Shown piece by piece: positions 48,619-58,542 of a stretch of 64,000 nucleotides of DNA (position 1 is its first letter; each line of letters starts with the position of its first letter). Both the position numbers and the translations under genes were made by a program. The stretch spans positions 452,885-516,884 of the forward strand of contig CAUJCN010000002.1 in the NCBI GenBank assembly GCA_963169855.1, read 5' to 3'. The notes under the pieces were generated by a model. The model saw only the letters and a list, made by a program, of their open reading frames with translations. It made no database searches and had not been told where the DNA came from. The stretch comes from Patescibacteria group bacterium (GTDB lineage Bacteria; Patescibacteriota; Dojkabacteria; J137).

Positions 48619-49548
48619 ATGTTTAACAAAGCAACAAATATAATAAGTCTATTGTTAGTATTCGTATTTATTGCGTTGTTGATTATTACCCTTTCCAACA
48701 CAACAAAAACTAACGACGAATCCAACCCAATTTCGTTTTCTGTAGAAGATTCAGTTTCAACTTCTTTTGTTTTGAAAAATGAAAAACCACTTTACGTTTT
48801 TATCAAAAATAAAAATATCTATATAAATTACGATGATGAAAGTTTGATGCCAGTAAAACTAGAAGATAAAGAGTGGAGTAGAGTTTCGCTTTCTCCAGAC
48901 AAAAGCAATTTAGTCTTTTTAGGAAAAGAAACTGGAACAGTAAACGATATGTATCTTTACAATATTGAATCTAAACAATTCAACAAAATTACATTCTTTG
49001 AAAACGAACCTTCTGGAATCACATCATTCTTTTGGTTGAATGACAATTTAATAGCTTTTCACCAAGATCAGTGGCTTCATACTGTTAACGTAGACTCGAG
49101 AGAAATAATCAAAGTACAGTCAGGAGTTAGAGATTTAGTTGGAATTACTGAAGAAAGAATTTTCATGAACAACACTTCAAACAAAGCCGCAGTTTATGAT
49201 TTTGCGGGGAACGATTTTACAGATAATTTCTTCAGTTCCGAAATAAAATCTGTTACTCAAACAGAAGAAGGCTTATTTGTAATTCTTTCTGATGGAACTT
49301 TCAAAATTGAAAATAATTCAGCAAATAAACTTTTCAACAGATCAACAGGACAGATGTGTGGGGAAAAAATTATTGATACAAATGGAGTTTTCGAAATATT
49401 AACTAACGAGAAAGTTAATACTCCTAACTACTCTTCCGCTCTCTGTGTGGCTAACGAAGTTTATTATAACCAAGATTCCAAGTGGTATACTTTGGAAAAT
49501 GAGGAAATTGATAGTCTAGAAAATTCAGTGTTCTTCGATAAATTTTAA
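48619..49548 (+). CDS. TolB-like beta-propeller surface protein
   Basis: TM anchor; LSPDKSNLVF, MYLYNIES, FFWLNDNLIAF blade motifs. Confidence 0.65.
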   Translation: MFNKATNIISLLLVFVFIALLIITLSNTTKTNDESNPISFSVEDSVSTSFVLKNEKPLYVFIKNKNIYINYDDESLMPVKLEDKEWSRVSLSPDKSNLVFLGKETGTVNDMYLYNIESKQFNKITFFENEPSGITSFFWLNDNLIAFHQDQWLHTVNVDSREIIKVQSGVRDLVGITEERIFMNNTSNKAAVYDFAGNDFTDNFFSSEIKSVTQTEEGLFVILSDGTFKIENNSANKLFNRSTGQMCGEKIIDTNGVFEILTNEKVNTPNYSSALCVANEVYYNQDSKWYTLENEEIDSLENSVFFDKF

Positions 49549-49565
49549 TTTTTTGAAATAATAAT

Positions 49566-49913
49566 ATGCTTCCATCAGAAGACGAATTAATTGCAAATGC
49601 TGAGAAACTACTTTCAGAAGAAGGAAAGCTGAAATCAGGAGAGCAGAGTACCGAAGAAGCATTTAGAGAATTCATTCTTCCAGCCTTAAAAAGTTCTAAA
49701 GACACATTGCACACTATTTATTACAAAGGGTTTGTAAAAGATAGACCGAGTTTTTTTGGAAAATTGAAAAGAATGATTCAAATGAAAATAGTAAATTCTG
49801 TGATTGCGACAATCGAAAAGCAGAGTCAGAAACAACAAAAATTCAACGAACTAACCTATAGAAGTATCGAAATTCTTGTAGAAGAGATCGAGAATTTAAA
49901 AAAGAGTAAATGA
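49566..49913 (+). CDS. Hypothetical coiled-coil protein
   Basis: 115-aa ORF in operon context. Confidence 0.65.
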   Translation: MLPSEDELIANAEKLLSEEGKLKSGEQSTEEAFREFILPALKSSKDTLHTIYYKGFVKDRPSFFGKLKRMIQMKIVNSVIATIEKQSQKQQKFNELTYRSIEILVEEIENLKKSK

Positions 49914-50377
49914 TTTTCGAAGAATCAGAGTGGCCAAAACTTGATATTGCAATGTTGAATGACTGGCGATTAAGTGTGGCAAGTAATCAACATGTTTTAG
50001 GTTGGCTAATTATTTTTCCTCCACTGGATGAAGAAACTTCTATTGTTCACTTGAGCGATGAGCAAATCCTCGAGTTCAAACAAATTGGACTTATTGCAGA
50101 AGAACTTTTGAAAAAAACTTTCAACTCAGAATGGTTTAACTACTTACAGGAAGGAAATGGTGTAAGAAGATTACATATTCATTTAGAACCAAGATATTCT
50201 TCTACAAGAGAATTTGCAGGAAGAACTTTTACCGACGAGGGATGGGGAAGAAAAGTAAAATTTTTGAAAGAAGATTTACCTTCAAAAGAAGTTGTTCTGG
50301 AAATTGTAAAAGTTTTGAGAAAGAATCTCTTAGAAATGAATATCGAGAAATTTAAAGTTGAAATTGCTACCACATAA
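49910..50377 (+). CDS. HIT family nucleotide hydrolase
   Basis: FNY...GNGVRRLHIHLEPRY histidine-triad-like motif. Confidence 0.8.
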   Translation: MIFEESEWPKLDIAMLNDWRLSVASNQHVLGWLIIFPPLDEETSIVHLSDEQILEFKQIGLIAEELLKKTFNSEWFNYLQEGNGVRRLHIHLEPRYSSTREFAGRTFTDEGWGRKVKFLKEDLPSKEVVLEIVKVLRKNLLEMNIEKFKVEIATT

Positions 50378-50379
50378 TC

Positions 50380-50418
50380 TCCGCATGTCATATTGAGCTT
50401 GTCGAAATATAATGCGGA
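50380..50418. repeat. REP-like palindromic element between convergent genes
   Basis: TCCGCAT-gtc-ATATT-gagcttgtcga-AATAT-a-ATGCGGA. Confidence 0.55.
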
Positions 50419-50427
50419 TCCTGTTAA

Positions 50428-51492
50428 TTAATTCTTCTTGTACAATTTGAACTTCCTGGAATCCCCAACAATAATTATTTCGGAAAGAAAGTACGGTAAT
50501 TTATCAAAGAAGTGTGGATCCAAAGCAGAAATTACTGCACTCCATTCAATCACTACTATATTATTTGGAACGAAATACTCTTTAAGTCTCAATCTCTCCA
50601 AATCTTCTTTTTCTTTAATTCGCCACGCATCTATATGAATCAACTTTCCTCCGTTGTTTAGTGGATATTCATTTATGTAATTATATGTAGGTGATTTAAC
50701 AACTCGTTCAATACCAAACTGCTGAGCAATTCCTTTTGTGACATGTGTTTTTCCGGCACCCATCTGACCGTCTAAAAGAACAACCTTTGGATTATTTTGT
50801 TGAGCTAAGAGCTCTCCAACTGCCTTTCCAATCTCAATTGTTTCATCTACATTCTGAGACCCAAGATCTTGAATATGCGTTAATTCTGTTGGATTGATTC
50901 TTCCAGAACGATGAACGACCAAATCTTCCGACGAAAAGTCTAAAACAGTTGATGGAGGATTATGAGGTAATTCGTAACCTGGGTCTATTATTGCGTCTAT
51001 TAAGTTAAGTTTAGACTCAGGTAATTTCGCTAAGATGCTTTCTACTGAATAGGGCATAAAACTTCCATCCGAAGCTATAGTTGTCGTAAGTGGATTACCT
51101 AAGAATTGGATAAGTTCTAGAACTTCGGAAAAATTTGGGATTCTGATAGCCAAAGTTCCATTTTCAGCAGGCAATCTTGCATCAGTTTTGCCAAGTGATT
51201 TACCTACAATCGTTACTGCGCCAGGTGTAAAGTTCTTAATTGCAGTTGAAATTTGAGAAGTTACATCTATAAATTCACCTGCCATTTCTAATCCAGAAAC
51301 TGCTACTGGAATAGATCTTCCTAAGATTCTATCTTTAAAATTCAAAAGTTTTGTTACAGCTTCTTGATTATCTGAATAGCAACCCAGGGCAAAACAAGTA
51401 TCGGTAGGGTAGGCGATTAACCCACCATTATCCAAAACCTGCTTAATTTGAATTTTCCAATCGCTTGTTCCATTAAGTTTAATCACTTCCAT
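50428..51492 (-). CDS. TsaC/Sua5(YrdC)-TsaE fusion, t6A biosynthesis
   Basis: N-half AYPTDTCFALGC, KDR, PGAVT, AIRIP, PSTVLD; C-half LDGQMGAGKT, VKSPTY, HIDAWR, VIEWS; start ATG 51492. Confidence 0.9.
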   Translation of the reverse strand: MEVIKLNGTSDWKIQIKQVLDNGGLIAYPTDTCFALGCYSDNQEAVTKLLNFKDRILGRSIPVAVSGLEMAGEFIDVTSQISTAIKNFTPGAVTIVGKSLGKTDARLPAENGTLAIRIPNFSEVLELIQFLGNPLTTTIASDGSFMPYSVESILAKLPESKLNLIDAIIDPGYELPHNPPSTVLDFSSEDLVVHRSGRINPTELTHIQDLGSQNVDETIEIGKAVGELLAQQNNPKVVLLDGQMGAGKTHVTKGIAQQFGIERVVKSPTYNYINEYPLNNGGKLIHIDAWRIKEKEDLERLRLKEYFVPNNIVVIEWSAVISALDPHFFDKLPYFLSEIIIVGDSRKFKLYKKN

Positions 51493-51543
51493 TCTTGAAT
51501 ATATATGTTTTTCTGTATAAAATATGATCAGTATTATATTTTC

Positions 51544-52803
51544 ATGTTGAGAAATTACAAAATACTTGCACAAATTTTACTATTTTTAGCTCTTTTTAGC
51601 ACGGCCGTTGGACCAATTCCTGTATTGGCCGAAGGAGAACAAGAAAGATACGACGAACTTCAGGAGCAAATCGCTGAATTACAAAGACAGCGAGGAGATA
51701 TTCAAAACTTACTAAATTCTAATCAATACACAATTTCTGGTTACAATTCTCAAATTGCTCAATTATTTGGAGAAGCTCAAGTGTATCAAAATCAAATAGA
51801 TGAGTTAAATCTTCAAATTGAACAACTTCAAATTAGAATTCAGAAGCTTGAAAAAGAAATTGCTGAACTTAAAATAGATATAGAAAAGCGAGAAACAGAA
51901 ATTACAGGATTAGAAAAAGAGAGTAATAAGAGAATCAAAACAAGTTACATGAATTACCGAACTTACGGAATTAATTTCGAAGTTGGAAACAATATTTTAT
52001 TCAATGATAGTGTAAATTCCTATTTCAAGAACTCACAATACAAAGAACTTATCCAGAATGATACAAACGATCTTTTAGTAAATCTATTCAATTTGAAGGT
52101 TGAACTTGAAGCTAAGAAAGAAGATTTAGCTACTAAACTTTTAGAAACTCAAAATGATAAAGAAGAAGTTGATATTAAAGTAGCTGATGCTAACGAAAAG
52201 AAAGGAGAACTTGATGTTAAGCTAAACAAGTATTACTACGAGGTTAATCAACTAAATAGTCAGAACGCAAATTATCAAAACTCAATCAATGCTTTAAGTG
52301 ATCAAGAAATGAAAATTCATGCAGAAGCTGTTCTTGTTATGCAAGAAATCATGAGAACTTCTGTTACAACTGGACAATACGTTCTTGCCGGAACTATTAT
52401 CGGAATTCAAGGTTGTACAGGATACTGTTTTGGAGAACACTTACACTTTTCGGTTTATGTTAACGGAAACTCTGTAAATCCATGTTCAATGTTGGAGGGT
52501 GGAGTAGGGTGTGGAAGTGGAGGACCTTTGAAAGCACCTTTAAGAGGAAATGTTTCTTTCAATAGTGGCTACGGAACAAGATGTTTTAACGGAGAATGTG
52601 TTCTACACGACGGAATTGACATTACAGGTTTCCCACTTGGAGGTACATTTGTTTATGCCGCTAATGATGGATACATCCAGAGAGGTCAAGACTGTTGGCA
52701 CTATAATATGGGTTATCAAACAAATGGTTGCGCCAACTATGTAAAAGTATCTAACCCAGACACTGGCGTTACTACTGGATATTGGCACTTGAATTCCTTC
52801 TAA
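51544..52803 (+). CDS. Exported coiled-coil protein with circularly permuted M23 metallopeptidase domain
   Basis: Signal peptide, long coiled coil; GEHLHF segment precedes HDGID...YWHL. Confidence 0.85.
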   Translation: MLRNYKILAQILLFLALFSTAVGPIPVLAEGEQERYDELQEQIAELQRQRGDIQNLLNSNQYTISGYNSQIAQLFGEAQVYQNQIDELNLQIEQLQIRIQKLEKEIAELKIDIEKRETEITGLEKESNKRIKTSYMNYRTYGINFEVGNNILFNDSVNSYFKNSQYKELIQNDTNDLLVNLFNLKVELEAKKEDLATKLLETQNDKEEVDIKVADANEKKGELDVKLNKYYYEVNQLNSQNANYQNSINALSDQEMKIHAEAVLVMQEIMRTSVTTGQYVLAGTIIGIQGCTGYCFGEHLHFSVYVNGNSVNPCSMLEGGVGCGSGGPLKAPLRGNVSFNSGYGTRCFNGECVLHDGIDITGFPLGGTFVYAANDGYIQRGQDCWHYNMGYQTNGCANYVKVSNPDTGVTTGYWHLNSF

Positions 52804-52910
52804 AATCACGCAAAGAATTTATCTATTGATGTTTATTCAACTTTGTATAATAATGTAGAAAGGTAAAAGATTTTTTCACTTGTAAATAATAAAAATCTTT
52901 AATATCAATA

Positions 52911-53912
52911 ATGTTTAAAAGAGTAGTCTGCACAACAATTTTAGCTGTTTTCACTGGAGGCTTCATGATGCCTTTTAATCTTGTTTCCGCAGCAGATGTT
53001 TCCGTTACAGTAACCCCAACAAGCATGACATTAGGTGCCACTGGTGTTGGAATGACATTAACTTTTACTCCACCAGTTCCTTTAACTACGAATACAACGA
53101 TCGATGTTGTGTATGATGACGAAGCTTTCGAAGCAGTTTTAACAGATAGTGATATTACAGTAACTGGTACTAATATTATTGGAAGCGCCGAAAGTAACTT
53201 TATGGATGGACGATTCAGATCAACATTAACTGTAGCAGGAGCAACTGCAGGTGTTGTAACAATCACTATTGATAATAATCCGGGGTTCACTAACCCTTCT
53301 GTAGCTGGAAATTTTGCAGTTGGAGTAATCATTGATAATGGTGGATTGGGAATAACTCAAGATTTTGGTGCATCGCTGCTATATTACGGGAATGCTAACC
53401 AAGTTGGCGTTACTGGATCGGTAGTTAGCGCAGTAATTCCAACATGCACTCTCAGAGTAAATATTAAGCCCGAGAAGAGAATCCCTAGAATTGGAAATTG
53501 GGATACTATCCTGACTGTCGAAGTTGCGACTACCTCAAATATCACATTAAGAACTTTCAGCTTCCCTACAAATACTCAAGGGGAGGGTAATTATGATTTG
53601 TGCGGGAATGGAATATACTTCCCCCCAGGAAATTACAATTTCAAAATTAGAGGTTACTCACATTTAAGAAAGGTATTTGAAAACATTCTTGCATTCAACA
53701 CAACTTCAGAATTCTCCATTACTTTCTTGGAAGAAATGCTTGCAGGAGAGACCAGTATTGTCTATGATAATTACATAAACATGATGGACTTTGTAACTCA
53801 GATTCAGGAACTTTATACTGCTGATTACAAAAATGATCTTAATCAAGATGGTTTAGTAAATTCTTTGGATTTTGCTAATACAATAACTAACTTCTACCTC
53901 AATGGAGAATAG
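52911..53912 (+). CDS. Exported protein with C-terminal dockerin-like domain
   Basis: Signal peptide, Thr/Val-rich beta domains, GYSHLRK, DNYINMMDF and DLNQDGLVNSLDF Ca-loop repeats. Confidence 0.7.
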   Translation: MFKRVVCTTILAVFTGGFMMPFNLVSAADVSVTVTPTSMTLGATGVGMTLTFTPPVPLTTNTTIDVVYDDEAFEAVLTDSDITVTGTNIIGSAESNFMDGRFRSTLTVAGATAGVVTITIDNNPGFTNPSVAGNFAVGVIIDNGGLGITQDFGASLLYYGNANQVGVTGSVVSAVIPTCTLRVNIKPEKRIPRIGNWDTILTVEVATTSNITLRTFSFPTNTQGEGNYDLCGNGIYFPPGNYNFKIRGYSHLRKVFENILAFNTTSEFSITFLEEMLAGETSIVYDNYINMMDFVTQIQELYTADYKNDLNQDGLVNSLDFANTITNFYLNGE

Positions 53913-53940
53913 AAGTAACTATAACTGTTAATTTGGAACA

Positions 53941-55896
53941 ATGCTAAACAAATTTTTGAGATTTTCTGTAATATCAATATTCTTTTTTGTAGGGATTGTT
54001 TCTGCACAAACAGTAAAAGCTGCATCTTTTGAATTTGTACCTCCTACAAACACATACCCTCTTGGATGTCGACAGATTGTGAACATCTTTGCTGATGCAA
54101 CAGGACAAAGTTCGAATGGAGCAGACTTAGAAGTTATGTTTGATCCTAGTCAAGTTGAAATCTTGGACTTGGATCCTAATATCCCTGGAATACAGATTAG
54201 AAGCGGAACAGCTTACGAAACGTATGTTTTTAACGAAGTAGACCCTAACATCGGAAGAATTAGAATGGCGGCGGGATCTTTTGAGAATCCTTTAACGTCA
54301 CGAGAATTGTTTGCGACAGTAGACTTTGCAGGAAGACCTGGGGCTACAGTAGGAAATTTTACAATTAGGGTTAATGGATTCGGTCCAGAGGTTTCCTTAG
54401 ATTCAAATATTGCTGATTCAAATACAAATCTAGACTTACTTACATCAACTGTTGATGGTAGTTACACTTTCGAGACTAGTGAGTGCGAAGATGATCTGAT
54501 TCCTCCAACAAACACATTCATAAATCCAATTGCATATACTGTTAACAACAACTATTTAGATGGAGTTGAAGTTACCGTTAGCGACTTTGGAGTTGGAGTA
54601 GATTTAAGTACAGTTGTGATTATTATTAACGGAGTAGAGTATAGATTCGATTCTCCTGGAGTAACTTATACTGGAGATCCTGCGAGCTATACATTCTTTA
54701 TTACTTTAAGTGAACCTTACCCTATTGATGAGCCTGTAACTGGAGTTATTAGATCCACAGACTTGGCTGGAAATACTTCAACTACACAAATCGTGTTTAA
54801 TATTCCCCCAGGAGCACCTGTTTGTCCTGTTTCCCAACCAATCGTAAACATTAACAATTCCACTAACCTTTGTGAATTTGGGGAGCAGAACTTTGTAAAC
54901 AATTTTTTTGGAGAAGGATCTTTTATCGATCAAATTTTTACTAACGCTGGAACAACAGGAATTGCCGCTGCACTACTTGGAATACTCTCGTTATTGTGGT
55001 TATTACCTTTAATTAACGCTCCTTTACTGTTACTGAATCTATTGAGTGCTTTCTTAGGGAGAAGAACTCGAAGACCATGGGGACTTGTGCTTGACGGAAT
55101 GTCTAGAAAACCAATTTCTTTGGCAACTTGTAGACTATACAAATCTGGAACATTATTCATGGTTTCCCAAACCGTGAGCGACATGGAAGGTAGATATGGA
55201 TTCTCTGTCTCGGATGGAGATTATAGGCTTGAAATTACTAAGGATGGATATCAGAAACATTCTCAAGAGATCCAAATTACGAAAGAAGAGAAAGGGTATA
55301 TCACAGACGTTTTAATGGTTCCTGCTACATTGACAGAAAATAGCAAGAATTCTGAAGGAGGCATCGGATTATTCTTTAAGAGACTTGGTGTTTTCTACAA
55401 GAGAGTTTCACCATTCCTAATGTTTGCTGGATTCATTCTTTCGATTGTAACAATGTTCTTGTTTAGAAATGCATTTAATACGATTATTTTCCTATTATAC
55501 GTATTCAATTACATACTACTTTTGATTGCTAGACTAAGAAGACCCTACAAATCTTCTGCAGTTATTGATTCAAAGACCAAGTTAAGAATTCCATACGCAA
55601 TTATTAAGATCTTTGAAATTTCTACAATGAAGTTAGTAGATACAATGGTTTCTAATGAAAACGGAGAATTCGAATACTTTGGAGAGCCTGGACAATACGG
55701 TATCTTGATAGCAGTTAGAGGATACAACTTCCCATCTGAAGCTCAGACAGATCTTTCTAAAATGGATGGAATTTACAGTGGAATCCTGAAAGTAAATTTG
55801 AACAGAGGAAATAACAAGCTACAGATTTTTGTTGATCCAGTTAGTGATTCTTCTAGTTACCTAGAACAAGGTAATCTAAAGACCCCATTCGGTTGA
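53941..55896 (+). CDS. Membrane protein with N-terminal cohesin-like and Ig-like domains and two carboxypeptidase-regulatory-like domains
   Basis: Signal peptide; VNIFAD...NGADLEVMFDPSQVEI cohesin pattern; TM helices; SDMEGRYGF and SNENGEFEY repeats. Confidence 0.7.
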   Translation: MLNKFLRFSVISIFFFVGIVSAQTVKAASFEFVPPTNTYPLGCRQIVNIFADATGQSSNGADLEVMFDPSQVEILDLDPNIPGIQIRSGTAYETYVFNEVDPNIGRIRMAAGSFENPLTSRELFATVDFAGRPGATVGNFTIRVNGFGPEVSLDSNIADSNTNLDLLTSTVDGSYTFETSECEDDLIPPTNTFINPIAYTVNNNYLDGVEVTVSDFGVGVDLSTVVIIINGVEYRFDSPGVTYTGDPASYTFFITLSEPYPIDEPVTGVIRSTDLAGNTSTTQIVFNIPPGAPVCPVSQPIVNINNSTNLCEFGEQNFVNNFFGEGSFIDQIFTNAGTTGIAAALLGILSLLWLLPLINAPLLLLNLLSAFLGRRTRRPWGLVLDGMSRKPISLATCRLYKSGTLFMVSQTVSDMEGRYGFSVSDGDYRLEITKDGYQKHSQEIQITKEEKGYITDVLMVPATLTENSKNSEGGIGLFFKRLGVFYKRVSPFLMFAGFILSIVTMFLFRNAFNTIIFLLYVFNYILLLIARLRRPYKSSAVIDSKTKLRIPYAIIKIFEISTMKLVDTMVSNENGEFEYFGEPGQYGILIAVRGYNFPSEAQTDLSKMDGIYSGILKVNLNRGNNKLQIFVDPVSDSSSYLEQGNLKTPFG

Positions 55897-55930
55897 AATT
55901 GATTGATAACTAACCACACATTTTAAAGTC

Positions 55931-55951
55931 ACTCCCGCCTAATGCGGGAGT
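55931..55951 (+). terminator. Hairpin after the dockerin/cohesin operon
   Basis: ACTCCCGC-ctaat-GCGGGAGT; weak U tract. Confidence 0.6.
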
Positions 55952-56022
55952 CTCTTGAGAAAGAACAAAGCTGAATGATTTCTCACTTTGTCTCTTTAAA
56001 CTTTTATGATTTTCATGTATAT

Positions 56023-56039
56023 TGTCCTTGGTTAGGACA
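56023..56039. promoter_or_regulatory. Palindromic operator candidate upstream of TrmB-like gene
   Basis: TGTCCT-tggtt-AGGACA, 5 nt before the ATG. Confidence 0.5.
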
Positions 56040-56044
56040 CAAAA

Positions 56045-56836
56045 ATGAAAGATGCGGAACCAGTAATTAAATTTTTATCTCAATTAGGACTAGATTTCTT
56101 TGAATCTAAGGTTTTTATGAACCTTTTAGAGAAAGGGCCTTTAACAGTATTAGCTTTGTCAAGAGAATCTGATGTTAGTAGAACTAACGTTTACAGAATT
56201 ATAGAGAGACTGAAGCAATGGGGACTAGCAGATGAAAGATCCGAAGGGACTAAAAAACTTATTTATGCTACATCCGTTCAGAAATTAGAATTGCTTGTTC
56301 AGGAGCAGGAAAACAAATCAATTATCTTAAGAAAGACTTTGCCAGAAATTAAAAGCCTTTACGAAGGAGTTGAGGAAGCACCTGAAGTCGTTGGAATACC
56401 AGGAACTTCTATACGATTATTGAAAAGCACAGAAGAATCTTTAGCCGAACTTAATCATATTTTGGAGAATAGCAAAGAAATCAAGGCAATTCTTCCGTTT
56501 GACTATGCAACATTATTCAACGAAGAAATTTCTAATACGTTACGTCGAACAATTCAGAAAGAAAAAATTGCCTACTATGAAATTTTATTGGAATCTTACA
56601 CTAAATACGCAAGCGTGGAGGATTTAGTCCTATTTAACTTGAGCAAGACTTTTAAATCTAGAATTTTCGAATACGACTTTGGTATCGATCACATCATTTT
56701 AATCATAGAAGATCGAGTTATAACGCTTTACAAGGCCGATGATACTACTTATGGATATGTAATCGAGAGTGAGGGCGCGGTCGTCTTTAACGAGAATATG
56801 TTCAAACTAGTCTGGGAAAGCTCAAAAGATATATAA
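56045..56836 (+). CDS. TrmB-family wHTH transcriptional regulator
   Basis: LGLDFFESKVFMNLLEKGPLTVLALSRESDVSRTNVYRIIERL; C-terminal MFKLVWE. Confidence 0.85.
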   Translation: MKDAEPVIKFLSQLGLDFFESKVFMNLLEKGPLTVLALSRESDVSRTNVYRIIERLKQWGLADERSEGTKKLIYATSVQKLELLVQEQENKSIILRKTLPEIKSLYEGVEEAPEVVGIPGTSIRLLKSTEESLAELNHILENSKEIKAILPFDYATLFNEEISNTLRRTIQKEKIAYYEILLESYTKYASVEDLVLFNLSKTFKSRIFEYDFGIDHIILIIEDRVITLYKADDTTYGYVIESEGAVVFNENMFKLVWESSKDI

Positions 56837-56988
56837 AAAGAAGTTAGAAGTCTGAAGATCAAAGTATAAAAAGTAGAATCTTTGACAACATAAGCTGTAT
56901 AATTTTTCGATTTTTGCACCTCAAGTTTCATCCCTGAATCTTCTTATCTTATTAGTCTTGTAGGTCATATTGTGGTAAAATCATCAAC

Positions 56989-58542
56989 GTGAATAAAGAA
57001 AAAAGCATCAGACAACCGATAATAGCAGTAATGGGTCATGTAGACCATGGTAAAACCACGTTTTTAGATTCTATTCGAGGAACTCGAGTTGCAGATAAAG
57101 AAGCAGGAGGAATTACTCAGAATACTAGAGCACACGAAGTTGTACGAAAGAGTGGATTCAGAATGACTTTCATTGACACTCCTGGACACGAAGCTTTCAG
57201 TAAAATGAGAGAACGTGGAGCAAATGTAACAGATTTTGTTCTGTTGATTGTTGCCGCTGATGATGGTGTTCAACCTCAAACTAAGCAATCTATTGAATTC
57301 GCTAAAAAAAGCAAAGTTCCTGTGATCGTTGCTATAAACAAAGTTGATATTTCTGGAATCAATACTCAGAAAATCAAAACAGAATTATCAAGTTTTGGGG
57401 TTGCGGTTGAAGAGTACGGAGGAGATACTATGTGCTTTGAAATTTCAGCAAAGAACAAAATGGGACTCGAAGAGTTGCTCGATGGAATTGAGTTATTATC
57501 AGAAATTAATGAACTAAAAAGTGCGGAAGTTAAATACGGAAGCAATGGAGAAGGATTTATTCTTGAATCGAACTTAGACAAAAGATTAGGAAATGTAGCT
57601 CTTTGTATTTTGAAAGCAGGAAATCTTCCTAAAAGTACTTTTGGTGTAACTAAACAAGGCGTATTTAAATCCCGTGCTTACTTAGACGAAGCTCAAAAAC
57701 CAATGGCAGAGGTTCACGAATCAGCACCTTTCTGGATTACAGGATTAAAGGAAACTGTTAATACTGGAGATACTATTTTCTTCTTCGAAGATGAAGCAAA
57801 AGCTAAGGATTTTCATCAACAAATCACTAAAGATGAAATTTCTGAGTACTCAGACGCTACAGAGATGGATGCCGAAAGTCTTTTCGCACAAATGCTTTTG
57901 AAGCAGCAAGAAGATATGGCAGGAATTTCCCAAAAAGAATTGAACGTTGTGGTCAAATCTTCTACTCATGGAACATTAGAAGCAATTATTGCTAAGCTTG
58001 AAACTTTAAGCACAGAAGAAGCTAAGGTAAATATTCTTTTCAGTGGTACTGGAAATGTTACAGAAGACGAAATTAGTAGAGCTAAACTAGCAAAAGCAAT
58101 TGTTGTGACATTCCAATTACCAACACCTAATAATATAGTGAGCATTGCTAGGCAGGAGAAAGTTCTTGTTCGAAATTACGAGGTTATATACGAAATGTTT
58201 GATGAAGTGCAAGAAGTATTGAATTCAATTGGAGAACCACAAGTGGAGGAAATTGAAGTAGCTAGGGCTAAGATTAAACAGCTATTCACGCTGACTAACG
58301 GTGATTTAGTTTTAGGTTCTGAAGTTATCAAAGGAACAATGCTTAGAGGTTACAGAATTTTTGTTGAAAGAGTAATTAAAGGTGAAAAATACGAGGTTGG
58401 TAGAGCTAAGATTTCTTCTCTAAGAGTTAGAAAAGATGAAGTGAAAGAAGTAAAGAAAGGATTAGAGTGCGGAATTATTCTTGATACAAAAATCGAAGGA
58501 ATCACAGAAAACGACGAAGTTGTTGCTTACAGAGTAGAGTAA
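56989..58542 (+). CDS. infB: Translation initiation factor IF-2, lacking N-terminal domains
   Basis: [44 protein letters not shown]. Confidence 0.95.
   Translation: MNKEKSIRQPIIAVMGHVDHGKTTFLDSIRGTRVADKEAGGITQNTRAHEVVRKSGFRMTFIDTPGHEAFSKMRERGANVTDFVLLIVAADDGVQPQTKQSIEFAKKSKVPVIVAINKVDISGINTQKIKTELSSFGVAVEEYGGDTMCFEISAKNKMGLEELLDGIELLSEINELKSAEVKYGSNGEGFILESNLDKRLGNVALCILKAGNLPKSTFGVTKQGVFKSRAYLDEAQKPMAEVHESAPFWITGLKETVNTGDTIFFFEDEAKAKDFHQQITKDEISEYSDATEMDAESLFAQMLLKQQEDMAGISQKELNVVVKSSTHGTLEAIIAKLETLSTEEAKVNILFSGTGNVTEDEISRAKLAKAIVVTFQLPTPNNIVSIARQEKVLVRNYEVIYEMFDEVQEVLNSIGEPQVEEIEVARAKIKQLFTLTNGDLVLGSEVIKGTMLRGYRIFVERVIKGEKYEVGRAKISSLRVRKDEVKEVKKGLECGIILDTKIEGITENDEVVAYRVE

Noticed and set aside
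52823-53332. 169-aa minus-strand ORF
   Set aside because: Antisense shadow of the signal-peptide-bearing gene 52911..53912
56882-56903. TTGACA...TATAAT upstream of infB
   Set aside because: Only 10 nt between hexamers, so not a sigma70 pair
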